Assembly (NCBI GenBank): GCA_008632985.1
Contig: QPGO01000004.1
Span: 930,001 to 994,000, forward strand
DNA from: Psammoneis japonica
Taxonomy: Eukaryota
DNA: 64,000 nucleotides
Direction: 5' to 3'
Each line of letters opens with the position of its first letter. The stretch's first letter is position 1. The translations under genes were made by a program, and so were the position numbers. Positions 37,549-52,800 of the stretch are shown here, in pieces. Below the pieces are notes generated by a model. The model made no database searches and had not been told where the DNA came from. It saw only the letters and a list, made by a program, of their open reading frames with translations.

Positions 37549-38418
37549 ATGATGATGCTAAGAGTTGTGGCTCTCTTGCTCCTTTTTACCTTATCGTTGT
37601 CCCTCGAGCCGACCAGCGTCATTAATCCAGAGACCAAGAGAGGAATCAAAGTAAACGGACCGACGTTTCGACGCTGCTTGGAGGCAGGATACGTGTATCA
37701 CAACGATGCCCTTCATAAGATACAACCTGGCAAATATCGCGAGCCGATTCTATCGGAAAAATGGGAAAGAATAGAACCATGCACTCTAGATAGAGCATCA
37801 TCAGATGTACCGGGAGGGATTCTTTTCGTGCACAAAGCATCGGGGCTGCTTACAGTCCCCGGTCGTGAGCAACCTGACTGCTTAATATCTCGAGTGCAAG
37901 AAGAGTATTCAGAGGCTAAGGTGTGCCATCGCTTGGATCGAGACACTTCAGGAGTCCTGGCCATTGCGCTCAATGCAAAGATTCATCGTGAGATTTCCCA
38001 ACAATTCGAGAAACGACGGACAACAAAAATCTACACGGCTTTGGTAGGAGGCCACATTATTGAAGAACAAGGGGTGGTCGATTTGCCAATTGGCAAAACC
38101 ATGACGGACGAAGGATATAATCGATGGGTCATTGGTGGTACCAAGCCACGTGAGGCTCAGACAGAATGGAGAGTGCTGGCACGTTTGCAACTGCAGGATG
38201 GATTCTGCTACACCCGGGTGCAGTTGTGTCCCCTTACCGGGCGTGGTCAACAGCTGCGTTTGCACATGAAGGCAATCGGACACCCTCTCCTCGGTGATAC
38301 CCTCCATGCGCCAGAGCAACTCGCGACCGCGACACCCCGTCTATGTTTACACGCTAGAAACCTGAAAGTATACGTGGACAGAGTGCTTGTGGAAGCTCGG
38401 ATTCCTTCCCCGTTTTGA
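37549..38418 (+). CDS. RluA-family RNA pseudouridine synthase, organelle-targeted
   Basis: Motifs VHKASGLLTVPGR, catalytic CHRLDRDTSG, K.YTALV.G, PLTGRGQQLRLHMKAIGHPLLGDTLH, RLCLHA. N-terminal signal peptide from ATG 37549. Confidence 0.9.
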   Translation: MMMLRVVALLLLFTLSLSLEPTSVINPETKRGIKVNGPTFRRCLEAGYVYHNDALHKIQPGKYREPILSEKWERIEPCTLDRASSDVPGGILFVHKASGLLTVPGREQPDCLISRVQEEYSEAKVCHRLDRDTSGVLAIALNAKIHREISQQFEKRRTTKIYTALVGGHIIEEQGVVDLPIGKTMTDEGYNRWVIGGTKPREAQTEWRVLARLQLQDGFCYTRVQLCPLTGRGQQLRLHMKAIGHPLLGDTLHAPEQLATATPRLCLHARNLKVYVDRVLVEARIPSPF

Positions 38419-38829
38419 GATTATTGCTGCAAATCGAATGAAAAGATCGACGGCGTTCATCGTTTTCTGTGGAGCTATATGGCGGAGAATACCACGGAGA
38501 GACGACTTTCCGGAGAACAAATCCACGCTGCAGCGCTTCACCCGCGATCCTCTGTGTCGTCGCGTGGACTCGCCTCGCGAGCCGTAGGCCACCGAATGCT
38601 GTTAATCGCGTCGCCATCGTATAGGTAACAGCACACTGAAGAAAGAACCCGTCCGGCAAACAACGACAAAAGGACTAAAACCATACTCGAAAAATGTAGT
38701 AATTACTTGAGAGTAATTCCCCATGATAGAGACACAGAGAGTGACGTGTGCGGCTGTGTAATAGAAAGAACGACCGATCCAACATGAATCACTCGGGGAC
38801 TCCAAAGAGCACTCGGTTCGAAGGCTTGT

Positions 38830-41800
38830 TGACTTCACTTTTCCTTTCCTGCTGCAGTTTTGACAGTCATGCCCAAGTGCCCATGCATGTTGCCGTGAAT
38901 GGCTGTTCGCTCTGAAAACTTGTTGTGCAGTGTGTTCTCCTTGTTGAGGTCTTTGATGACATTTGTCATGGGCAGCACTCAAGTCCACACTTGGAGCACC
39001 ATTTTGAAATCATCAAAATGCCATTTCTTGCTGTTTTTGCACCTCACAAGTTTTCAGCATTTCTTGTGGTCAATTTTGGGTGCACATTGACCATCACACC
39101 TTCAAGCTTGTTGTGCATCCATGTTTCATTCTTGCACACATTTTGCACAAAAAAAACTAACTGGCAAGTGTGCTGTCATGACAAATCTCTCCCCTGGTTG
39201 TGCCGACCATGCATGGCAGTGGGACACCTGCTCACCACAGGCTGAAGGGACTGAAGCACCCTTGTCTGGGTGTGTTTGCACCCAGGTCTCCCAGCATTGC
39301 CAACACACCCATGTTCTTTGATGCACCCTTGACACACCTCAGCAGTTTCAAAAACATCTTTGGCAAACTGTGGTGTTGTTTCCTTGTGCCATCTCTCCCT
39401 GGTGTTGTGGATCAAGCACATCCACACATTTGAGGAGTTGCTCCATTTCCTTGGTTGCTGCACCTTTGCATTGTTTGTGCTCAAACAGCCACAGCAGCTC
39501 CTGGTGTCACACTGGGTTGTGCTGTGAGTGGCCCATGTCCAGCAGCATGTGCAGGTCACATTGAGGTGGATGCAGGGTTTTGTGCTGCTTTCTCTCACCA
39601 CATGTGCTGCTGCACTTTCCTCATTTGTCACATGTCTGTTCTCCTTGGCTGCTCTTTCATTCATGTCATCATTGGCTCTGCCATGTTCCATGCACTGTGC
39701 ACTGAACTTGCTCTTGACTTGGCAGCACCACCTTGGGTGTCTGGCAGCTGGGCTGACAGAAAGCGCTCCCACTCCCATGTCCTTGGCTTTGTGCTGTGTT
39801 TGACATGTTCCTGGCAGATCTGTGTGGATTGTCCCAGTGCTCTCCCTCCCATGTCCTTTTGTCATGTTCCCGGCGGGTGTGTCTGTGTGGGTTGTTTAAA
39901 CTCAAATTGGCTGTGAGCGGTGAGGTTCATGGCTTCTGTTCAGCAGAACACAGCAGCACTGTGGAGGCTGTGCTCATCATCAAAAAATGCTCCTCTCTTG
40001 GACATGGTCAAGAAACAATTTGGCCAAGAGTGCTGCCCAGAGAGTGCTGCTTCAAACACTGGATGCAACAGCACATGTGATTGAAGGGAAGCAAATTGTG
40101 CATTGGCTCCAGATTTGGTCCTTGACAGTTTGCACAAACTGCTCAATCTCAGCAACATTTTCTTCAAGTGAAACATTGCTGGCTGACATTGCTGGCTGAG
40201 GTTGACACCCCATTTTTGCAAGGCCTGCTCATCACAGAGATTTAAACTTAAATTGTCCATCCATGTGGGTTTCACAGATTTGACACACCACACTTCATGC
40301 ACTCTGCCTTGATTTGCGCTTGACAGAGCCAAGCAAAATGATTGCCCTCATGTTGGTCACAAACTCTCAATGCTGCCATGGTTGACACCATGCTTCTCCA
40401 TGACTGGGAAAGGGCGCAACACAACTCAACCTTGGTCTTGCTGGCTCCAACCATTTCTGAGACTTGCAGAGCTTGCTCAGCTTCTTTTTGCCATTCCAGC
40501 AGAGCTCATCACATGTGTGGGCTGGTTGTCCAGTGCCCAGTGCAATTTTGGTTTGCAGTCACCCCCAGTTGCTTGCATTGCACACTCCTGCAATCCACCA
40601 AGTCTTCACTGAGTGTGCACACCCTGTGATTTGGCCTCATGTGGTTTAAAAAAAAATGTCATCAGAAGCCATGTGTTGTTAACTTGCCTTTGTCCACTGT
40701 GGCTGCAATGTTTGTCACCCCATCTTCATTGTCATTTGCTGTTCCTCCTCCTCTTCTTTCATTCTTCAGGCATTCTTTTGAGTTCACGCAGCATCCTTTT
40801 TTGCCACATGCACAGCAGGTGATGATGCATGTGCTCCTTGTTTGAGCAGTCATCATCAATGTTCATTTAAACAGCACTGTTGTTGCGGCAGGTGCTGGCA
40901 TGCATGTGTCACATTCTTGGGGTTCTCTTCCCAGTTGGTGAGCAGTGCTGGCACATGCATGCTGGCTCAACAACTTGGGCAGCCTCTGCTGTTGTCCCCA
41001 ACATGCTGTCATTGTGTGGGCTCTTGACTGTGTGTGCCTGCATCTGCAATGATCCAAGCCCAGCAGAGATTCCGCTGTGATGTGCTGAACCTTTTTGTTG
41101 TCTTTTGCTTCTGCCCCCTTTTGATGTCAGATTCTGTGGCAGCAACAGCAGTGGGGCATCAGCAGCACAGAGGAGTTTGTTGCTGCTTCCTGTGGTGCAC
41201 GTGATGACACTGGACATCTTTCAAGGGCTCGTCCACTGACTTCTTTTCAATTGCATCTTGGCTGGCATCAAGTTTCTCAAATCAGTTTTTCACAGAGTTT
41301 TGGCTTTGGTTTGTCATGTGAAATGCTCTCAGTGCCATGTGGATGCTTTTCACTGTTTTTTTTCTCTGGCTGAAGAAGTGTTGCAAGAGATGGCTCTGTG
41401 ATGTGCTTGTCAGAAGCTTGGCTGGCTTGTGCTTTTGCTCTCACTGTGTTGTTGCGTTGTCCCCACTCTGGGGATCACAAGCTTTGCATGTTTTCCTTGT
41501 GTTGCTGGCTCAGCTTCCCTCTCAGAATCTTTTTTATTGCACAGCTGCTGCTGCTGCTGCTTCTGACCATGCACCAGGGCCTGGTCCAGAGCTCTTTGCT
41601 CTCTTCTCCCCTTGCTGACATCAACATTCTAAGATTCAGAAATGCCAAGGGTCGAGACACATTGAGATGACCAGCGCCCTCAAACCCAGCTCTCTGAATA
41701 ACAAGGTTTCTTTGTTGCTGCAAAATTGTTGTGCTCTCTTTGCCTCAGATTTGTCTGCAACCCCCACAAGAGAAAGTGAGAAGAAGGAGCAGCAGGGACA

Positions 41801-41830
41801 TGACAAGAATGCGATTGCATTCGTTTTTTC
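38830..41830. other. CpG- and TpA-depleted block 5 (eroded sequence, origin not recognised)
   Basis: Very few CG. Surviving TA lies mostly in TTAA/CTAA contexts (39896 tttaaa, 40241 tttaaacttaaa, 40645, 40867). Abrupt return to TA/CG-rich DNA at ~41830. Confidence 0.85.
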
Positions 41831-42147
41831 CCTCTCCCCGCGCGCATCATTACTTTTTCAGATGCTCTATTGTATCGATACTGTACGATATTGACTCTTA
41901 GAGTACCGATAAAGGCAGACAGATGAGCGTGGTCGTGTATGGATATTCATGATGTTCATGATTATAGTATGGAAGTATTAATTATCTAATAAAGTACGTA
42001 TAAAATGAAATCATGACCGTTATCTTGCGAACGGCGTGTTTTGGATTTTGTATCCCAATCCGATGAGATGATGTTTCCCCCATTGCGAATTCGATTTCAT
42101 TGCCATCGAAAGAACCTACACTACCCATCACTAAGACGGCGGCAGCA

Positions 42148-43623
42148 ATGATGACGTCTGACTCTACTACAGGTTCAGAAGAGGTGGATTGCCCTATCTG
42201 TCTTGATCCGATGCATGATTCGGATCACCAGCATCCACTGATGTGTGAGACGCAGCAGTGTAATTACAACTTTTGCCATACCTGCATTGAGTCGCTCATT
42301 ACGAGCTCCAAAGACGAGTATGTTGAGGCGAGTGATGGAAACATGCACGTCAAGGTCTGGCTGCACTGTCCGAACTGTCGGAGTGACTTGGGGCCCACTA
42401 TTCGTGAGACCCTGCTTCTCCGCAAGGCCGACTTTCTCCTGGTTTCTCAAGACTTGGTAGACGAGGAGCTAAGTGCCTCGCAACTCCGCATGAAAAGCGT
42501 CATGGGCGACCCTGAGGTTAAGAAAGCAATTGAAGTGGCTAGAGAGCGAGAAAGCAACTTCTTTAAATCGAAATACCCCGATTTTGTTCTCCAAGAAGAA
42601 GATGATGATGATTACGACAGCGCAATCGATGAAATTGACTACGAGGAGTGGGGTGTGGAAGCAGATATTATTGCTGGAGTCCATAATTCCTTTCGGATCC
42701 CAAAGACGAAACCCAATGATCCACCAAAAATTGACAAAACTCTATTTGGTGGATTAGAGTTCACAATGACCGAACCCGAGAAACTATACGTTGCCGAACT
42801 TATGACGTCGGGAGATGCGGATAAGCTAGCGAATGCAGCTGCAATTCTACACGGCATTGTAAGCAACAAGAGAAGGCGAAGCTCACCGACCAAGGCGAAA
42901 TTTGGTGCGCAGAAAAGAAGTAGCGTCTTTCAACTCATTGAAGAAGCCGAAGCAGCCTTTATCACTGGCCAAGGTAATCCTAAAATCACGCACCACCCCA
43001 CTCCAGTGGCAACCCCAGCTCAGCTCCAGGCATCCTTCAAGAGACAAACGGAATATCTAAAGCTTCATCCACTCCCCGTGCGAATGCCCAAGGAAGTGGA
43101 GCTGGCGATACCTGGAAAGGTCAAATTTTTCGGTTTAGACTTTTGTGATGATACATGGGACGGTAGTGTCAGTTGGCTTTCGAATTATTATTCTTGCTTG
43201 GATTGTATCGATATAATACTAACCACGTCCTCTTTATTTTCGTTGCTTAAGGTCATGGACGCGTATTCCAAGATCACGATTTCTAGATGGGGGGTCTCAA
43301 AGAAGCGATCAACTAACAGAGGAGTGAGAAATGTTTTAAGCCAAGGCAATCCTGACGAAGAGTTTGGAGATGCTCGGATAGATTTTGAAAAAGGCCGAGT
43401 TCTCGTCTCCTCGGTGAGAGGCGAAGCTGGAAGACAAGGAATTCTCAGAGGTGATGTCGTCACTCACCTCAATGGAGAAACCTTAACGGGATCTGCTTCT
43501 GAGTTGAGAGACGCAATTTATGCCATGACCGAGGATACTCATGGAAGCACCTTCACGCTTATTCTCAACGCAGAACGCTCCGTGGCTGAAGCTTTGCGAA
43601 GACGAGCGTCCATCAGGAGTTAA
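42148..43623 (+). CDS. RING-finger protein with C-terminal PDZ-like domain
   Basis: RING CPICLDPM...CETQQCNYNFCHTCI...CPNCR; PDZ-like VLVSSVRGEAGRQGILRGDVVTHLNGE. Probable in-frame 84-nt intron at 43168..43251 (GTCAGT...TACTAAC...TTAAG). Confidence 0.8.
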   Translation: MMTSDSTTGSEEVDCPICLDPMHDSDHQHPLMCETQQCNYNFCHTCIESLITSSKDEYVEASDGNMHVKVWLHCPNCRSDLGPTIRETLLLRKADFLLVSQDLVDEELSASQLRMKSVMGDPEVKKAIEVARERESNFFKSKYPDFVLQEEDDDDYDSAIDEIDYEEWGVEADIIAGVHNSFRIPKTKPNDPPKIDKTLFGGLEFTMTEPEKLYVAELMTSGDADKLANAAAILHGIVSNKRRRSSPTKAKFGAQKRSSVFQLIEEAEAAFITGQGNPKITHHPTPVATPAQLQASFKRQTEYLKLHPLPVRMPKEVELAIPGKVKFFGLDFCDDTWDGSVSWLSNYYSCLDCIDIILTTSSLFSLLKVMDAYSKITISRWGVSKKRSTNRGVRNVLSQGNPDEEFGDARIDFEKGRVLVSSVRGEAGRQGILRGDVVTHLNGETLTGSASELRDAIYAMTEDTHGSTFTLILNAERSVAEALRRRASIRS

Positions 43624-43757
43624 AGTGGATGAGCATAATTGAGTATGGAGTTTAACCTACTCCACGGTATGGGCGTCTCCGATGATAGGTACTGTACCGG
43701 TACGGTGGCCAAAAGCCTTTTCAATTCTTATGCATAATTACGGTACCACATGTTATT

Positions 43758-44672
43758 CTATTCAAAGTCATAATGAGCCTCTTCATCGATTGTACCATCC
43801 CACATTTCCCCATCAAAAAAAGTGTTATCTGTTCCCTTTGGTGTTGGGCCCTTGCCGTCCGTAACAAATCGTTCCTCCGCGTCTTCTTCTCCGATGACAC
43901 TCATCACTCCTCGACTAGATAAGGATTCAACTTGAGCGGCTTCCGTCCCCGCACTGTCTGGCTCAATCTCGTCGTCGCCGCCCTCGCCGAGAAAGAAAGG
44001 ATCTCCACCCAGCATTTCAATTTCAGACATTCTATCTTGAAAGTCTAGAGTGTTCTCTTCTCTTGTTGGTGTTGGTCCTTCTCCAGCCGAAGCAAATCCC
44101 TCAAATCGCTCAATCGTATCTTCTACTCCTATAACACTCAAAACGCCTGCAGCAAGAGTCTCGTCGTCTTCTTCTTCTTCTTCTTTATCAAGAAAGAACG
44201 GATCTCCCCCGATCGATTCAACTTCTGTCGCTCTGTCATCGTACTCTTGGCTGCTGTCTTCGTTTGTTGGTGATGGTCCTTCGCCATTCGGATCCAATCG
44301 CTCAATCGTTTCTTCTACTCCAATGGCGCTCATAACGCCTGGCATTACCATCTCGTCTTCATCATCGTCAAGAAAGAAAGGGTCCCCGCCAAGCGATTCA
44401 ATTTCTGTTTTTTTAGAACCTGACGCTTCGGCGTCTTCATCATCTTCATCAAGAAAGAAAGGGTCGCCACCCAGCGATTCAATTTCTGTCTTTATATCAT
44501 CATACTCAGCGCCCTCTACATAGGTGTAATGTTCATCGTTGGCTCCGTTCTCGTCCTTTCGGGCAGCAAGAAGCGTTCGATGGCTCAACTGAATCTTCTT
44601 GGGAAGAACAATGAAGCCAGCGGCACTTGAAGCGAGCAAGATGTTCAAGCATATTGTGAGACAGACTCTCAT
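43758..44672 (-). CDS. Acidic internal-repeat protein with plastid-type bipartite presequence
   Basis: ATG 44672: MRVCLTICLNILLASSAAG-FIVLPKK (signal peptide, then Phe and a basic transit region). Four E(I/V)E(S/M)(L/I)GGDPFFL repeats, three GV(M/L)S(A/V)IG(V/E)E...ER(F/L)...G(E/K)GP repeats; ends WDGTIDEEAHYDFE. Confidence 0.8.
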   Translation of the reverse strand: MRVCLTICLNILLASSAAGFIVLPKKIQLSHRTLLAARKDENGANDEHYTYVEGAEYDDIKTEIESLGGDPFFLDEDDEDAEASGSKKTEIESLGGDPFFLDDDEDEMVMPGVMSAIGVEETIERLDPNGEGPSPTNEDSSQEYDDRATEVESIGGDPFFLDKEEEEEDDETLAAGVLSVIGVEDTIERFEGFASAGEGPTPTREENTLDFQDRMSEIEMLGGDPFFLGEGGDDEIEPDSAGTEAAQVESLSSRGVMSVIGEEDAEERFVTDGKGPTPKGTDNTFFDGEMWDGTIDEEAHYDFE

Positions 44673-45273
44673 TGTATTGATGCTGCGGTGACTGGCGTGC
44701 TGTGTGACGTGTGATTGGTCCGATCGGTGGACGAGTTCGATTGAGGCGTTTCGAAGCTGTATCATACTGTAGAGGCGATGTTGGTTGATTGATTGATCAA
44801 TTGAAAATGCAGAAGTGGGAAGTGACGATGCTGTAGACTAGACTACCGTGCCATGGTCCATGGTCCAGCCACTGCAGGGTGTTCGGTGTTCGGTCAAGTT
44901 CGGTGAACGCTGGACAGACTCCTCTAGCTAGGGCCTACTCTTACAACATCGAGCGACCGACCGACCGAGCGACGTGACGACGAAAGGCAGGTCTAGCTAG
45001 CTACTACTCTACTAGAGATTAGAGTAGCTAGTAGCTTGAGTTAGTCAAAGATAGATGGGTGAAAGGGGTGGGAGCGGGATACTCTAGCAAGCTCCTTTTG
45101 CGAGAGGACGGGAAATAGCCAAGAGGAAGGGAGGCGCGTTGCGATGTTGACGGCATGCTACCGGCATGATGTAGCAGAAACACAGCTTCCGACCTTTCAA
45201 CTTATATTAAAAGGACTACCGTAGCAAGATTACACCATGTATCCTTTCTTCCTTGGACTGACATCGTTCCACA

Positions 45274-48460
<3,187 letters not shown>

Positions 48461-49849
48461 TTACTAGGCGAACGGCTCATATCAAACCCACCGATGACTC
48501 CTTGCCTCGTCGTTGGTGTGGGAGGTGAAGGTTGTGCCTGGATAATGCAAATCTCATCGCGTCAATAACCAGTCATCCGTCATCGCAACCGATCTTCAAT
48601 CCAAATCTGGACGGACGGATGCGAGCGGGCGGACGGCGGACGGACGGATGTGCATGGCTGATTTATTTGCCGGCACAGCGCAGCGCAGTGGGCAGCTTCT
48701 CTGGATCCTCTCGCAATGCAGTTGATTGCATCTTTCTATCAAGTCTTTTTAGCTCGATCTTGCACTGCAATTGCAGTCAATGACATGGCTTGTTCCCCTT
48801 GCCTCTGTTTCCAGCACACCCAAAGCCATGCCGCCAAGTGCTTGTGCTGGTGTGTGCTCTGTCTCTCCACCTGTCTTGCCGCCCCAATCAAAAGAGAAAG
48901 GAGCACACCACGTGCTTGTTCAGAAATTTCCAAACCACACCATGTTTCATTGCCAGAAGTCCTCTCAAGGAACATGGCATCAGCTGCACCCAGCAAAAGC
49001 AGCTCTCGTTGTCTCTGTCCTCTCTTGTGAGAGAGAGAGAAAGAAAGGCTGGGAGCACCACGTGGAGAAAAAGGTTTGTCAATTGGAGAAGCTTGTTGAG
49101 CCAGATCAAAAACATTGTTCTTTCTTTTTGGCAAAGTTGGTTTTGCTGCAGCATCCACAGCTTGTTTGTCCTCTGTGGTTTGTCCATGATTCACCAGCAC
49201 ACCTCTTTTGTGCTCCTGCAAGCGCAGCGATGGTGGCAGTTGGAGCAGTGCAGAAAGTGGTGTTTCTGAGGTGCAGAAACAAGAGTTTGAGTTTGAATTG
49301 TCAGAAAAGCAAAGCTTTCACAAGTCTGTGACATGTTTCCATGCTCAACCAGAGCGTCACTTGCCAACAATTGAAATGTTCACAACTGTGCTGATTGTGT
49401 CCACAGATCTTTCAATTTGCGCGGATGTCAATTTTGTTTCTTGATGGTTTTCGATTGGATCCACATTTTCAACTTGTGAAGTTCGCACACATTTTTCCCC
49501 TGTTCTTTCCATTTGCAAGCTTTCTCCCTTTTGTTTTGCTCTGTTTCTGCCAAATCTGTCCTTCCACTGCACACCTCACAAAATGCCCTCCTGTTTGACA
49601 TCTGCCAATGACAATGGCACACCCCTGTTGCAATCCTCTCTGTCCTGGTTGGATGTCTGACAACAAGGACCAGGGTGCTCTCTGCTGACATTTTCAAAGG
49701 TGTCCCCAGTGTTCTTCTTTCTTCCATTTTGGCCTCAACCATGCAACTTCGTCTCCCAACCACTCCCTGAGCAGCAACGGTGCCTCAAGCTTTTTTGATG
49801 GATCAGGACCTCTCAATCATTCCCTTGAGATTCAAGCACCAAAGGATTC

Positions 49850-52800
49850 ATGTCCCTGTCTCTTCATGATGGTGATCTGTTGCACCTTTTTTTGTTTCCT
49901 CCTGTCAGCAGTCAAGAGTTTCAATCATCCACCCATGGCAATCTCCCCCCCAATGAACAAGGGGGAGATTTCGCCTTTAATGACAATGTCGTTGATTCTC
50001 ATGCATCAGTGGTGGATGAACTTGGCATCAGCTCCATTGCTCAAGACCCACCTGATGATGGTTTCTGCTGTGATGATGTGCTTTTTCTGGAGGAGGAGTT
50101 TGATGTTCTCTCAGTGCATCATTTTTGCTCATCCACTTCCCTCTCCAATGAGGACAACAACTGCAGTGTCCATGAAGAAGATGATTGCTTGCACTGCTTT
50201 GATGCACTGGATTTAGAGGAGATGGAAGAAGCTCAGCCATTGCAACCTCCACACATTCATGAAACCAACACCACCAAGAAACTTCACCCAGTGGAGGAAG
50301 AGTCGGTTTTGTGATGATGAAGAAGTGCTGTCTCTCTCACAGTTTGTGCAAGGCATTTCTCTCTTGGGCCAGACATGCCAAGGAGAGTGACCATGAGTGC
50401 AAGTTTTTGTCCTGCTCTGCCACCTTGCAACACATGAAAGCCAAGTGTGCCAGCAATCATGTGGGCCTGGAGCCCATTTGCTCCACTGTGCATGTGGGGC
50501 CCAAGTTCCCCCCAGTGCATGTGTGCCAATTTCCTTTCTGCATTGTGTGAGAAGGGTGTTCCATGATCCCCAGGTTGTCAAAGTTATGTCAGTGGTTGCA
50601 CCAAGAAAAGTGCTGCCCCAAAACAAACAAGCACATTTGTGGCTCCCTCAATGCTGAACACTGGTGGAAGCAAGCCAAGTGTGATCTCAAATGTGCCCTT
50701 GCTCAACTGGTCCTTGCTGAACTGGGCAATGGCTGCCCTTCTTCCAGGTCACACTTTGTTTGCCCCATTGTCCTGTTTGACGATTTCACCTTTTGTGACA
50801 ATGCAGGTTGTCTGCAAGCACAACACGTTTCTTGTGACATTGAGCAATTTGAGTGACAAGTGTTGCCACAGGCACTCCCTTTGGCCAACACTTGAAATGG
50901 TGCCACCATGTCCAAAAAACAGCAATGAGTGCATTGCTGACTGAGAGCTGAAGCTGAGACAGGAGAAGCACATCAAGTTTTTCCACGTCATGTTGCAGGA
51001 GACATTCGCTGAGTTGCTTCAACTGTCAAAGCAAAAGACTTGTTTCCCAATTGTGGTGCCATCTCTTGGCTTTGCCCATCTCCACTTTTGATTGTGCTGC
51101 ATGACAATTGGAAACATGAAAGGCTCCCACTTGAGCAACATGTCTTGGATGAATGGGGGCTGTGACACACCACAGAGCATTGGTGACAATCCCTTGTTTG
51201 GCTGCAATTTGGTGGAACAAGCTGCCATCCAGGGGACAGTGGAGGCTGCCACACCAGTCATGGAGGAAAGGCATCATGGCAAAGTGACTGCAGTTTGTGA
51301 ATGGTGCAAGGACATTTCACAGCACTTTGCTCATCCCATGTTTTGGGACATCCCTCATGGCAGACCAAGGTGTGGCATGTTTGGCATGCTTCCCTGAGAA
51401 CTGTTGTGTGCCTTTTGCTTGGGCCTTTGCAACCATCTGCTTTGCGCCTTCTTCAACCCATGCCAAGTCCCAGAAAAAATGTTGTCACAGCATTGCAACC
51501 ATTTTGGTGATGGGGAATGCACAATGGACAACCAACCTTCCATCACCTTCAAGGAGCACCCCAAGCTCTTTGACAAAGCTGAGTTCAAGAGACACTTCAG
51601 AGTTGTTGCACATGTGCCCAGAAGGCAAAGTGATTGGAAGATGCCAAGAACTCCATTTGAGAACAATGGCATTGACCAGACTTGTCCAACCAGCCAAGAG
51701 TGTCCTGGTTTGGTGTTGCTTTTGATGTTTGCTGCATTGAAAGGCATGCTTTCAAAGGAAGATGAAAGCCTTGAGCTGCTGGAGAGTCACTTTGCCCACC
51801 TGATGTTCACATCTTTGGGATTGGACAGAGCATTGCCCTGCTTTCTCACTCCACTCCAGAAATGCATTCTCCAGTGTCTCAAATTGTTTCAATTTGTTGT
51901 CAGCCCATTCCCAGAGCATCATTCTTGGTCTGGTCTTCACATGTCCAAGTTCCACGGTTTTCTTCACTTTCTGTTTTACACTCATCAGTGTGGCAATGCC
52001 AGCAATTTTTTGGTGAAGGCACAATGATTTGATTTTTCACAATTTCTGCTGTGCACAAAATGTGCAGCATGCTGCGCGCATGTCACCAAAAGGTGGCAAC
52101 ATGAATGTGGTGTGTTGTTGCAATGTTTGCCACATCAGCGATGTGTCCCAGAGTCTCATGTCCTTGCACACATTCAGTTTGTTAAGTTTAAAAATGTGTT
52201 CAGTCATGGCCATGAAAGTCCCCACAAGTGACCTCCATTCAACAGCAAAACATCGCGCCAACACCAAGGTCAGTTTTTTTACAGTCATTTTGTGCATTTG
52301 ACCATTGAACAATCAAGAGCTCATTTTTTTGGGGGGGGGGGGGGGGGTTCTTTGCATGTTTGTGTTCACAATGATGCAATTGATTGACATGTCAAGTGCC
52401 TGTTGCAAAGTCATCCTCAGGTTGTCATCATTGTCAGCATTGATGAGTGGCAATTTGTTGTCCAAATTGCAGTCAATTGCACAGCCCCAATCTGTCCAAC
52501 ATTGCACTGCTGTGCACCACTTCTGCACATGCACCTTAAGATGCTTTTGAAACAACCTGCCAAAACACAAGTTGGCAAGATTGTCTTGACCTTGACATGA
52601 AGAATTGCCACTGTGAGGACCTTGTGGTGAGGGAGTTGGAGGAGCATCTGATGGAGGTGGGTTGGCTGCATGCACAAGAGGCAAGGCTCCTGTGTCTCAA
52701 TCATCAAGTCATCGATGCACAGACCCCATTGCTGGATTCAAACTACACAAATGGCAACAATGCCACATGGTCTCTAAAATGTGGAGACAAACAGCTGCAG

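Noticed and set aside
38900..39900. Cys-rich minus-strand stretches suggesting a SWIM or piggyBac zinc finger
   Set aside because: Cys/His are artefactually enriched in these blocks, so the motifs are not diagnostic.
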